Numbered from the stretch's first letter, positions 53,461-63,946 are shown. The stretch: 64,000 nt of DNA from Leucoraja ocellata (GCA_036785375.1 JAWMAR010000105.1:1798001-1862000); one strand, 5' to 3'. Program-made: numbers and translations. The notes: generated by a model not told the origin, from the letters alone.

Positions 53461-53669
53461 ACCAGTTGAAGTGTACACAAAAAAGCTGGAGAAACTCAGC
53501 GGGTGCAGCAGCATCTATGGAGCGAAGGAAATAGGCAATGTTTCGGCCCGAAACGTTGCCTATTTCCTTCGCTCCATAGATGCTGCTGCACCCGCTGAGT
53601 TTCTCCAGCTTTTTTGTGTACCTTCGATTTTCCAGCATCTGCAGTTCCTTCTTAACCAGTTGAAGTGTA
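53461..53669. mobile_element. Young fold-back PLE-terminus element (149-bp palindrome, 15-bp TSD)
   Basis: Arms 53473-53546 / 53548-53621 with one mismatch; perfect TSD ACCAGTTGAAGTGTA at 53461-53475 and 53655-53669. Confidence 0.92.
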
Positions 53670-54454
53670 ATTGATTGTGAGATGAGGTACTGAAGAGGGA
53701 AGGAGCAGTGACTGTAGTGATCCCAAACGCAGTATATTTCTTAAATACCTCAATCTGATTTTAATGTGCAATCTAAATTTTGCTTGCTTGCATTAGAGAG
53801 CTCTTCCTCTAATTAAAGTAGTACTATGGCTGTGTGTATTTGGGGGTAGTTGGAAGAGGGGTGAGAAGAGAATGTAACTGGACCTAAAACTTGGGCATTT
53901 ATGTGTCCTTTATACAAATGTTTTCCATGAAGATGTGACCATCCCTAGGTATTTTCCAGTGTATTTTGGATGGTAGTGTATCCTGCAATATTGTATTCAT
54001 TTTATTGAGAACAAATATTTCTGACTCTCCTGGAATCTAAATTGAACATAAAAGAAAGATTTGGAAGATGAATCTGTCTTTTGCTCCCTCGGTATTACAA
54101 TTCTCTATGGGTTTTACCAAGATAAGTGATTCTCTCCTTTTGATCATTCAATATATCTAAACTCGACAAAATGAACTTAATGCAATGCCAAATTTAAACT
54201 TCACGCTAAGCTAATACTTTAAGTTCTTAATATAAACCCAACAAACAACCCTACTACAACCAAATCTCTGCCACATTCTGGCTAGGTTTTAAGGAGAGTT
54301 CTAACACCAGCTAAATCTGGTGGAAATATTTATTCTCTCCGATTAGGACGTGAGATAAGTGCTGAATGCTTTTGATTTGATTTGATTTCCTTTTTAAATG
54401 AAAAGCTCAAATGTTACTTCAGAAATCTAACCAAACATTTGCATCTTTCTGCAG

Positions 54455-55302
54455 CTGAAGGTGACTGCGGGGCGTTTGGAACCAATTCTCTCCTACGCAA
54501 GAAGAAAGGTCTCCATGTGCTGCGGCCTGTCTATCACAAGTCAAAGCCTCACATCTTGATTGGAATGCCGCAGGATTTCCGACAGATCTCTTCCATTATT
54601 GACGTGGACATCCTTCCAGAAACTCACCGCAGGGTCCGTCTTCACAAACACGGCTCTGACAAACCACTTGGATTCTACATTCGCGACGGGGTGAGTGTAC
54701 GGGTGGCCCCTCAAGGAGTGGAAAAGGTTCCAGGTATCTTCATCTCCAGGCTTGTCCGAGGTGGCTTGGCGGAGAGCACTGGCCTGCTTGCGGTGAACGA
54801 TGAAATACTCGAGGTCAACGGGATTGACGTCGCCGAGAAGTCACTGGACCAAGTGACCGACATGATGGTAGCGAACAGTCATAATCTGATCATTACCGTG
54901 AAGCCAGCAAATCAACGCAATAATGTCATTCGCAGCAGCAGGGCCTCTGGCAGTTCTGGTGTTTCCACGGACAGCAGTCCAAGCCAGCACAATGTCATAG
55001 CTACTTCACACTATGCCAACCACTACAGTGCAGCTGAAGGAGAGAGTGAAGACGAAGGCGATCTAATAATTGAAAACGACATGCCATCATACATTCCAAA
55101 AACAATGTTCCCAAACTATGTGAATGGAGATCTTACAAAAAAGCTGCAGCATAACCTCTCCCTAAACAGCCCACTGTTAGACAGCAAAGAAAACAAATAT
55201 AAAGGGTCCTTAAACTCTTTGAACATACATAGTGACAGTCCCAGCAAAATAAGTTCAGGCCATGGAAACATGCGAGAAGATGGAACAATGATAACACTAT
55301 AG
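54455..55302 (+). CDS. pard6a: Par-6 coding exon 3 (semi-CRIB, PDZ, C-terminal tail)
   Basis: TCTTTCTGCAG acceptor in phase 1 matching exon 2; [44 protein letters not shown]...[21 protein letters not shown]; LHKHGSD, VAPQG and LVRGG are PARD6A-type. Confidence 0.96.
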
Positions 55303-57750
55303 ACAATTTTCCTTTATAATCACTTTTATATAACATTTCCAAGTCCTTTGTGGTTAAACCTGACTTAAGCCTTGTTAAGGAGGTTGGAATCCAATCAATT
55401 TTTACAAGAATATTTGACGCCGATGGTGAATCTGGAGGTTAGAAGTATTTATGAAAGAAAAATCGTAATCGCTTTTATGAAGGATCTTTGACGAAGAATT
55501 GTGCGTATTCGCATCATGTTTCATTTTCGATGGCAATTAAATGTCCAAGATTCTGTTTAGAAGCCAACCTCTCGAACTGCTTCCTGTTTAATAAAACTGG
55601 AATGCATCATATTATGGAGCAGCATTTGAGCAGATGTTACCTGCAATTGGAGACAAATGTATCTTGTGAAATTGCAATACAAGCGTTTTTAAAAATGCGG
55701 GTTCACTATCTTCATATCATGGAACCTGTGCATTTGCATCAGTGACCTCATTGTTACAAATGTAAACTTACAAACTACTTATTCAGCATTATTTGCATTT
55801 ATCCAATTTGAGAGCAGGTGTCCCCTTTTTCCTATGGAAAACAATTATGAAACTGATTAAACGTGGACAGGATCTTCAGTGGAGCATAAACCTTTCGTGA
55901 AGTAGCTGCTCTGCTCCCTAAAAGGATATTTGAGAGCTTTGCAATTTTAAACTTGTGGATTTCCTGCTGTAAGGCAGATTCTTCCTTGGTGGTATGAGGG
56001 TTTCCTGTATTGTATTTTTTTAACCTACCTGTATCTTAAATTTTAAGAAACCCTGCTGGCTTCAGTACCTTTTAAAACCATGCTGCTTGACATATTCTTT
56101 CTGTATTGCACACATTTTGTACTTTCCTCTCCTTAAACAGAGCACTGTTCGACACTGAGATAAGTAACCATCAATAATACTCCAACTACTGTGTACATTA
56201 AATGACAAAGAGCACTTTTTAAATTGGAATACTTTCAGAAAAAGATCAGTGTAGTTACGTCCAAGGATAATTTTTCTCTACAGCGTACCATAAATTAATT
56301 AATAATAAAGCTTCTGATTTTTAATCTTTCATTAAATGGATATTCTCACTGACAAACCTAGGGCACACAAGGCAACATTGTCATCTAAAGAGCTTCACAA
56401 TGTCTGTATTTGGGGTTTAAATTCTATGGAAACACTTGGGAATGAATTTGAAGACATTTCACTTTTTATCCACATAAATATCGTGACAATTTTGTTGTTG
56501 AGGTTTTGGGGTAGTCTAAACTTGACAAACATGTTGGTAATTAGAAGATAGGCACAAAGTGCTGGAGTAACTCAACGGGTCAGGCAGCATCTCTGGAGGA
56601 AAAAGGATGCATAATGTTTTGGAAATCTGCAGAAGGGTCCCAACCAGAAACGTCACCCGTCCTTTTTCTCCAGAGATGCTGCCTGATCCGTTGAGTTATT
56701 CCAGCACTTTGTGTCTATCTTTGGTATGAACCAGCATTTGCAGTTCTTTTCTACACAGGTTGGTAGTTTAGTATCGGCACGTTCATTTCCAGCAGAACTG
56801 GATGCACTTTGTTAGAGTATAATTGTGCAACTTTACTAATCATTTAAAAATAGTAGAAAATTAAGTATGAGCTCCTTGTATGGACCCTGTAGGTGATCTT
56901 GGTAACCTGGAGCCTTTAACAATTAAAATGGAGAGCACATTGTCAAGACACAGCAATTAATTTTAGTCTTGTCCACCCTGTCAGTTTCGAGGCCTAATCC
57001 ATTACTTTAAACCTAGAGTCTGATCATTGTTGACTGCTGGATTCCCAACAATAATCAAAATGTACCTCTCTGCACACTTAAAGTATTAAGCACAATGACT
57101 GCAGTTTTCATAAGCTTCCTGTAGAATGAGCAGCTTTTATTTTCCATCAAAATAAAACTGGGATTGCCAAAATCTTTAATATAACATTTCCTCTACTTAG
57201 TAGTTCTTAAGTGAGGATGAAAACCACTATGGAAATGCTTCCGGTAATTGTAAATTGTCATCATTTAAATGTTATAGGGCTATAGCAGTCAACCATAGTT
57301 GTAGGCAAAATGTGATTGATTTTTATTTTTTGGATCATTTTTTGTAATTATTTCTGCTGCACATCACTACATTTAAAGGTTTTTCTTTGTGGTAGTTCTG
57401 AGCCAGCAGGGTTCCATGGTGGGGTGTGACTTTGCTGAATTTCTTTTAGAACATGTACGTATTTTTTGATTTGTTATGCATCAAATCTGTTTAGTAAAGA
57501 GATGAGAGCAATTTTATCTAACTGGGGATATTTTGTAATTTTTTAATGAAATGAGGGCAGTATTTTTCTTACTTTTTTGTATTTGACCCCACTCAATCCT
57601 TGGTCTCTATTTGACTTCCCATAACCTATACTACCTTGTATTTATCTTATTTAACAGATGAGCAATCGTGAAGATTGAGATTGCAGAACATTGTGAATGT
57701 TCCATAGATGTACGTTGATTATTCAAATAAAAGTTCTAACATGCACCAAA
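55303..57750 (+). other. Probable pard6a 3' UTR with alternative poly(A) signals
   Basis: AATAAA at 55590, 56304, 57151 and 57726; U-rich 3'UTR-like sequence at 57300-57660; true end unknown. Confidence 0.45.
56545..56756. mobile_element. Fold-back PLE-terminus element downstream of the stop codon
   Basis: ~65-bp inverted arms 56545-56609 / 56658-56721; approximate TSD ACATGTTGGTAATT / ACAGGTTGGTAGTT. Confidence 0.85.
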
Positions 57751-57930
57751 ATGTGTTTAACATCTTTATAACTTGTAGTATCTGTGATGGACTAAAAAAA
57801 TCCAGTGAACTTCACAGAATGACATATGGAGTGTTACTGAGCTCAGAACATGGCTGGAAAATTAGGTTTGAAGACTGGCGACCAATGGAGAATTAAAGGA
57901 TTTTCGGGTTGAAGTTCCAAAGAGTATCTA

Positions 57931-57997
57931 AGATGCATGGACCATTACAGTTCCCAGATGCATGGACCATTACAGTTCCCAGATGCTTGGACCATTA
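57931..57997 (+). repeat. Tandem repeat, 25-bp unit x2.7
   Basis: AGATGCATGGACCATTACAGTTCCC repeated. Confidence 0.9.
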
Positions 57998-58149
57998 TCT
58001 TATTAATAAAATGAAGGGTATGCATTTGATTTAAGAGACTGGAATGTTTGCAGTACTAAAAGTTGAACCCATTGATTTAAAGATGGGATGAAAGCTTTAA
58101 ATTGGAGGCATTCAGTGCTGGGGAACTACTACCCAGCAAGGACCAATGG

Positions 58150-58330
58150 GGCTCCTCGTGGTGCAGCAGTCCAACTTTCTAACAACATTGATTTTGAACT
58201 CTGCTCTCTGTCTGGAGTTTGCATGATCTCCCCTGATTGCAAACGTTTCCCTCAATTGCTTAGTGGTTTCTCTGACACCCCAAAGACATGCTAGTTGGCA
58301 GATTCATTAGCTGCTGTAGATTACAATTAT
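58150..58330 (+). mobile_element. Degenerate V-SINE
   Basis: GTGGTGCAGCAGT head; CTGTCTGGAGTTTGCATGATCTCCC...CCCAAAGACATGC. Confidence 0.6.
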
Positions 58331-58444
58331 AACTTTTCCTCGTGGTTCGTGATGAATGGGTGGATGAGTGGTGGAAGAAACTTGTTAGTTGGTGGTGGCC
58401 AATTGTGAGAGAATATTTTACAAGGGATTGCCCTGAGAACCAAC

Positions 58445-58528
58445 TTAGACTCTGAGTCAATTGGTTCTCTGAGTTGTGACTGAGTTGTGACTCAGTTTGA
58501 CTGAGATTAGACTCTGAGTCAATTGGTT
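58445..58528. repeat. Short direct-repeat cluster rich in TGASTCA (AP-1) motifs
   Basis: 22-bp direct repeat at 58445-58466 and 58507-58528; TGAGTCA x2, TGACTCA x1. Confidence 0.7.
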
Positions 58529-58667
58529 TAATGTCATGAGGAAGAATGGATAACAAAGACCAATGGAAAATGTGGTACAAGATTTTAGCAGCAAACAAGT
58601 ATTTGGAGAATGGGTTCTGTCAAGCATTCAAGTGGCAAATCTGAACACAACCATTCAAATCGGTGAT

Positions 58668-58757
58668 GGACACAAAGGTGGTGTAAATCAGTGGGTCAGG
58701 CAACATCTCTGGAGAAAAGGAATAGGTGATGTTGCGGGTCGAGACCCTTCAGACTGA
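58668..58757 (-). mobile_element. PLE-terminus fragment, degenerate hammerhead
   Basis: GGACACAAAGG...CATCTCTGGAGAAAAGGAATAGGTGATGTTGCGGGTCGAGACCCTTCAGACTGA. Confidence 0.7.
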
Positions 58758-59859
58758 GAGGCAGAGGACTCGACAGGCTGGTGAGGTAAAAGCACAATGT
58801 TGATGTGAGATATGAATGCCAACTTTAGCTTGGTCAGAATGCTAAACAATCCGCTTTGGTTAGATTGGCACAGCAGCAGAGTAAGCCACTTGGTACATTT
58901 CAATTACCTATCCACTGGAATTGGGAAGAAAGTTGCTACCAATCTAAACCTGACTTCAAAGATCACAGCCAGCAGCAATTAACCAGATTTGATACTGGAC
59001 ATAATCTTGTCAATTGAGCCCAGTTGCCAAGTTATTTGTATGGTTTTTATTCTACAGTGTAATTACTGACCAACCTTTATTTTCATTTGGGGAAGTAAAA
59101 GCAGAATGGGCTAAAATGTGGGGATGGTTGACTAAAACCTGTGTGATTTATTAATTGTTGTGATTCTTTTGCATGGGCAAATGTGGCTTTGTACAGATGG
59201 GAAAAAACAATGATCTCATTGGGGAACTGGACTGGAGCTTAATACATATAACATTTGTTGATCTAGCTCTGCTAAACTGGATAATCCTCCTGACCCAGTT
59301 TGCCCAGTGAATAAATGCTCAGACAAGTTACAGTTTGATTTAAAAGATTAAAATATTGGCAGTCGTTTCATGTTTATGGTGTCTATATACCTTTATCACT
59401 GGCTTCCTTTGCCATCTTTACACCATTCTCTCTGGTGCTGTCATCAATATTTTGCTGCCTGGCAATATTTCCTCTGTTCACTCTGCATTAAGTTTGCAAT
59501 CCCATGATGTTGTAGCTTCACACAACTTGTCTCGCCCTGCTTGGTGTAATACCAATACCACAGCATGTCTTCTATGCATTGATAGTGTCCTTCACTGTTG
59601 GTTCACTGTATCCTGTTGTCTTCACTCTGTGCTATTTGGCATATATTGGACACTTGAAATTAAAAGCTGATGCTGGAGAGACTGTGCATGTCAGCAGTCA
59701 TCTACGGAGGGAAGCTGTTTCAAAGATGCTGTCAATCCTGCTGAGTACTTCCAGCAGCTCTGCTTTTTTTTTTTTGCTGATTGATTGTTGGAAGTTTAGA
59801 CTCTGAGGTATGTCTTTTTCTATGCCAACATCAGCAGTTCCTTGTTTCTACCTAGTCCC

Positions 59860-60420
59860 GGAGTAACTCGGCTGGGTCATGGATAGGTGACGTTTTGTGT
59901 CTGGGGTAGAGGCAGGCAGAAGTACTGGATGAGGAGGGGGCAGGACAAAGCCTGGCAAGGTGGATGTAGGTGAGAGGGTTTTTATTGATGGGCAGATGGT
60001 TGGACAAAGACCAGAGATGAATAGACAAAGGATGTGAGGCAAGGATAGAAGAGATGAGAATTGTGAAGCCAGTGGTAAGAATTAAGATGGGAGGGGAGAA
60101 ATGGGTGTGAGTACAGGTGGGGGAAGGGGGGGGGGGGGGGGAGGTTTGATTAGTTTCCTGAAATTGAATAATTCAATGGGTTTTTTGGGGGGGCTGTAAG
60201 CTTCCCAGCTTACAACAAAGTTCTGATCCTTCAGTCTGCATGTGGTCTCACTCTGGCAACGTAAGAGGTCAGGGACAGAGGGGTCAATATGGAAATGAGG
60301 GGACAATTACAATGGTTAGCCTGCGGGAGATCCAGAAGGTGGACCGAGCACAAGTGTTCGGTGAAACAGTTGCTGAGTCTACTCTTTGTCTCGTCGATAT
60401 AAAGGAGGTCACATCGAGAT
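59860..60420 (-). mobile_element. Penelope-like element 3' part (inverted copy)
   Basis: Minus strand encodes LLYIDETKSRL (YIG half-motif) and the C-terminal IELFNFR block, then UTR and terminus. Confidence 0.75.
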
Positions 60421-60429
60421 CAGTCAGAC

Positions 60430-61522
60430 ACCTCCTTATACTTACCCCTTGAGCCCACAGAGGGGTATGTGACATCCAGCACATTCTGGCATTTCTGCCA
60501 TCGCCATGTGATCCCACCACCAGTCATATCTTCCCATATCCACCACTTTCTGCCTTCCAGAGACTGCTTCTACAACTCCTATGTCGACTAATCCCAACCA
60601 ATCCTTCCCGAGGTTTTTTCCCAGGAGATATAAGACCTGTACCTATACCTCCATCCTTGCAGCTATCCAGGGACCTCAACAGTCCTTCCAGGTGAGACAA
60701 AGGTTCATGTGCACCTCTCAGCTCATCTACTATGTACAGTGTTGCTGGTGTCTCCTTTACATCAGTGAGACTTGGACATCTTTTAGCCAAGCACTCTTAC
60801 TCGGTCTGCTGGACATCCCAGTTGCTAGCCATTTTAATTCCTTTCCCATTCTCATAATGGCCTTTCTATCTTGGGCCACATGCAAATTGGAGGAACAACA
60901 CCTCATATTACACGAGGGCAGTGACAACCCAATGATATGAACATTGAATTCTCCAATTTTTGGTAACTTACCAAAACCCCTTCCACCTACATTCCTTCCT
61001 CTGGCTTCACAATTTGAAATTCTTCTATCCATATCTCACACCATTTTGTCTTTCATCTGGGAGCTTTATCCAAACATCTGCCTTTTAACCCCTCCCCAAC
61101 CCCCCTCATCTGCATCCATCTATCACTTCCCAGGATAGACAAAAAAAAAATGCTGGAGTAACTCAGTGGGACAGGCAGCATCTCTGGAGAGAAAGAATGG
61201 GTGACGGTTCGGGTTGAGACCCCTCTTCAGACTGATCAGAAGGGTCTCGACCCGATGTCACCCATTCTCTCCAGAAATTCTACCTGTCCTGAGTTACTCC
61301 AGCATTTTGTGTCTATCTTCGATTTAAACCAGCATCTGCAGTTCCTTCCCACACATACTATCACTTACCAGGCATAGTCCTGCCCCTCCTCTCTTCTAGC
61401 TTTCTGCCCACCCACCCAAATGCAATCCATCTGATTAAGGGACACAACACAAAATTCCACCTATCCGTGTTCTTCAGCAATGCTGCCAGATCCACTGAGT
61501 TACTCCAGCAATTTATCTTTTC
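60430..61522 (+). mobile_element. Penelope-like element 3' part with decayed GIY-YIG endonuclease
   Basis: FQVRQRFMCTSQLIYYVQCCWCLLYISET...PVASHFN...CKLEEQHLI, then UTR and a degenerate terminus at ~61430-61520. Confidence 0.85.
61120..61372. mobile_element. Fold-back PLE-terminus element nested in a Penelope UTR, 15-bp TSD
   Basis: CTATCACTTMCCAGG at 61120-61134 and 61358-61372; inverted arms centred at ~61235. Confidence 0.85.
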
Positions 61523-62233
61523 CTATATGTGGCGAATGATCTTTGGACATGCATTGCCTGGGAACAAGTTTACTATGTGTAAAGTGCCAGGGAATATTCA
61601 TAAAAAGCAGAAGCACAATGAATGTTTAAGACTGCAAATTATCTCTTTATAGTAACTGTATAACCATCTGGCCACTATCTCATTTCTGATGTCCTTATTG
61701 TGTCAATGTCCTTTGTTATCTCTTCCCCCACTTGTCATCAGTTGTCATCTGCTTTTCTCTGTGGAGCTAATTTAATTTTTGTTTAATGCCCAAAGCATTA
61801 ACATAATTAAAAGTCTTGCATCTAAATATAGGGAGAGTGTTGATCAGTGCGTGCAGTAGAAATGGTGCACGTGAAGCAGATTTGAAGTGTAATGTGCTGC
61901 TGCCCTCGGTTACAAAATACTCACCTGCTTACACGTGACAAAAATCAGGTATTTCAGTTGACATGAAAATTGGTACTTTCTGATGACGTCAGCTAAAATC
62001 AGTCTGGTTGAAAACTTACCCCATTTTGTGTGAGTGCACATCAGAATATTTTTCTTTTCCTTTATTTTGGAGTTGTACATGGAGGTCTTTCACTCGTTTG
62101 ATGTCTCCTTAAATGATGGGAAGATGCAAACATACATTTGAGAGGCAATCCTGTCAAATAAACACGAGATATCACACATTTACCTTTGGTGGTTCCCATT
62201 ATCTGCTCTTGGAGTCATAGATTTTTTTTTAAG

Positions 62234-62530
62234 GTTTAGTTTAGAGATGCAGCGCGGAGACAGGCCCTTCAGCCCACCGAGTCCACACCAACCAGCCATC
62301 CCCACACACTAACGTTCTCCTGCACACACTGGGGACAATTTACAATTATACTAAGCCAATTAGCCTACAAACCCGTACATCCTAGGAATGGTGCCAAACA
62401 ATGTGGAAATATGCCTCTCAGCACTTATTGTCCACACTGACCAACATGTCCAATCTACACTAGTTCCACCTGCCTGCATTTGGTGCATGTCCTCCTAAAC
62501 CTATCCATGTCCCTGACCAAATATTTCTTA
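62234..62530 (-). mobile_element. V-SINE 3' half plus CR1 3' UTR remnant
   Basis: GTTTAGTTTAGAGATGCAGCGCGGAGACAGGCCCTTCAGCCCACC homologous to 46193. Confidence 0.75.
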
Positions 62531-63249
62531 AAACATGAACTTGTTGAAATGCAGAAATTACCAACCATCCCATTTTCTCTAATTTGTCATTCCATGTTTA
62601 ATTAAGCTAAATTGCCTAATTATACGTTTTGGTTTTTTTGCCAGTGTGCTTCGAATAAGTCATTGTTAAATAAGGTCTCATTTTATATTTTTAATTTTAC
62701 CAAAAAAGTGTGAATGCATAATTAACGATTAATGTTTAAATATTTATTAACGACAAAACCCGATGGTAATTTCTACTTGTGAAAGATAGACGCAGCCAGC
62801 CACTGGAGAGGAGCTAAACATGTGATTAGGATTCTTGTGAGAAAAGGGTAAATAATACTTTGTTAAATTATGTGGGGAAGGGGCTGGAGTAAATGTGTTT
62901 TGGTCGGTCAAATATTAAAATATCGGAGGGCTTTTGCTGCAGGGTTTAAGGAATGAAAATGGTGTCAATTTACAAAGACTTTGTACTTCAAGCAAGGATA
63001 TGGCAACAGGACAAAGAGGTTTTTGTGTTATTCGGTCTTTTTTTTAATAGTGTACCAAAGATATTATTGTTTTCTCGCAGAACCGAGTCAGTTAGTAATA
63101 CTGGAAACACTGTATCATTGTGATCGGATAGCAAACAGTTTGTATTGGGTAATGCATTAAAAAAAATCTATAAAAACGTTGTAATCTGCGACCTGCCTTT
63201 CCATGCTTGCCCCTGGTGTGTTTCACAAATATAATAATTTAGGTTCTTT

Positions 63250-63455
63250 CATAAGAGATAGTAGAATTAGGCCATTCAGCCCATCAAGTCTACTCTGCCA
63301 TTCAATCATGGCTGATCTATCTAACCCCATTCTCCTGCCTGATAACCTCTGACACCTGCAATAATCAAGAATCTATCTATGTCTGCCTTAAATATATCCA
63401 CTGACCTTTGCTCCACAGCCTTCTGTGGCAAAGAATTCCAAAGATTCACCACCCA
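63250..63455 (-). mobile_element. CR1 3' end
   Basis: GGCCATTCAGCCCATCAAGTCTACTCTGCCATTCAATCATGGCTGATC...CTTCTGTGGCAAAGAATTCC. Confidence 0.8.
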
Positions 63456-63724
63456 TTCTTACCACTGAATGTAACTGATAATGAGAAAAACAATTCATCT
63501 TCTGATAGGCAAGCAAAATCATTTTAAATTATCAAGAGAATTTAAAATACACAATTTTAATGCATCATAATTTCATATACTTCTATTGGGTCTCCCCTCA
63601 ATGGTTCTGACGGTCATAGCTATTCCCTGTTTATCTTATTTATAGCATTGAAAGATGCTGAAATATAACATTAACCTGCAATTTATGAATTGGCAGAGTA
63701 CGTTGAAGGGCTGAAGAGCCTAAA

Positions 63725-63946
63725 GCAAAAAAATAAACCGCTGGGAGAGAAAACAACATGCGTGGAGGCAAAGGGGTGGTCTGTTTCGAGTCAAAATCCT
63801 GCATTAGAGTGTATAGGGGGAAGGTGGGCAGTATAAAGAAGTGAGGGGGAGGGGTGAGATAGAGGCTGGTAGGTGAGAGTTGAACAGAAGAAAAAAAAAT
63901 CAGGTGGATCAGGGGAGGGAGAGCCTCTCTCTACCAGCCTCTAACT
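63725..63946 (-). mobile_element. Divergent PLE terminus ending in a short self-inversion
   Basis: Minus strand CTAATGCAGGATTTTGACTCGAAACAG; ~22-bp inverted repeat 63857-63879 / 63925-63946. Confidence 0.5.

Noticed and set aside
53390-53674. Two ORFs with mirrored identical peptides on opposite strands
   Set aside because: A direct consequence of the DNA palindrome, not genes
54382-54454. N-terminal part of the 306-aa ORF
   Set aside because: Intronic read-through upstream of the splice acceptor at 54454
61915-62030. Minus-strand donor-like sites plus CRE (61984) and E-box (61932); possible exon of a neighbouring gene
   Set aside because: No recognisable protein or acceptor; no ENKD1- or ACD-like coding sequence could be identified in the window
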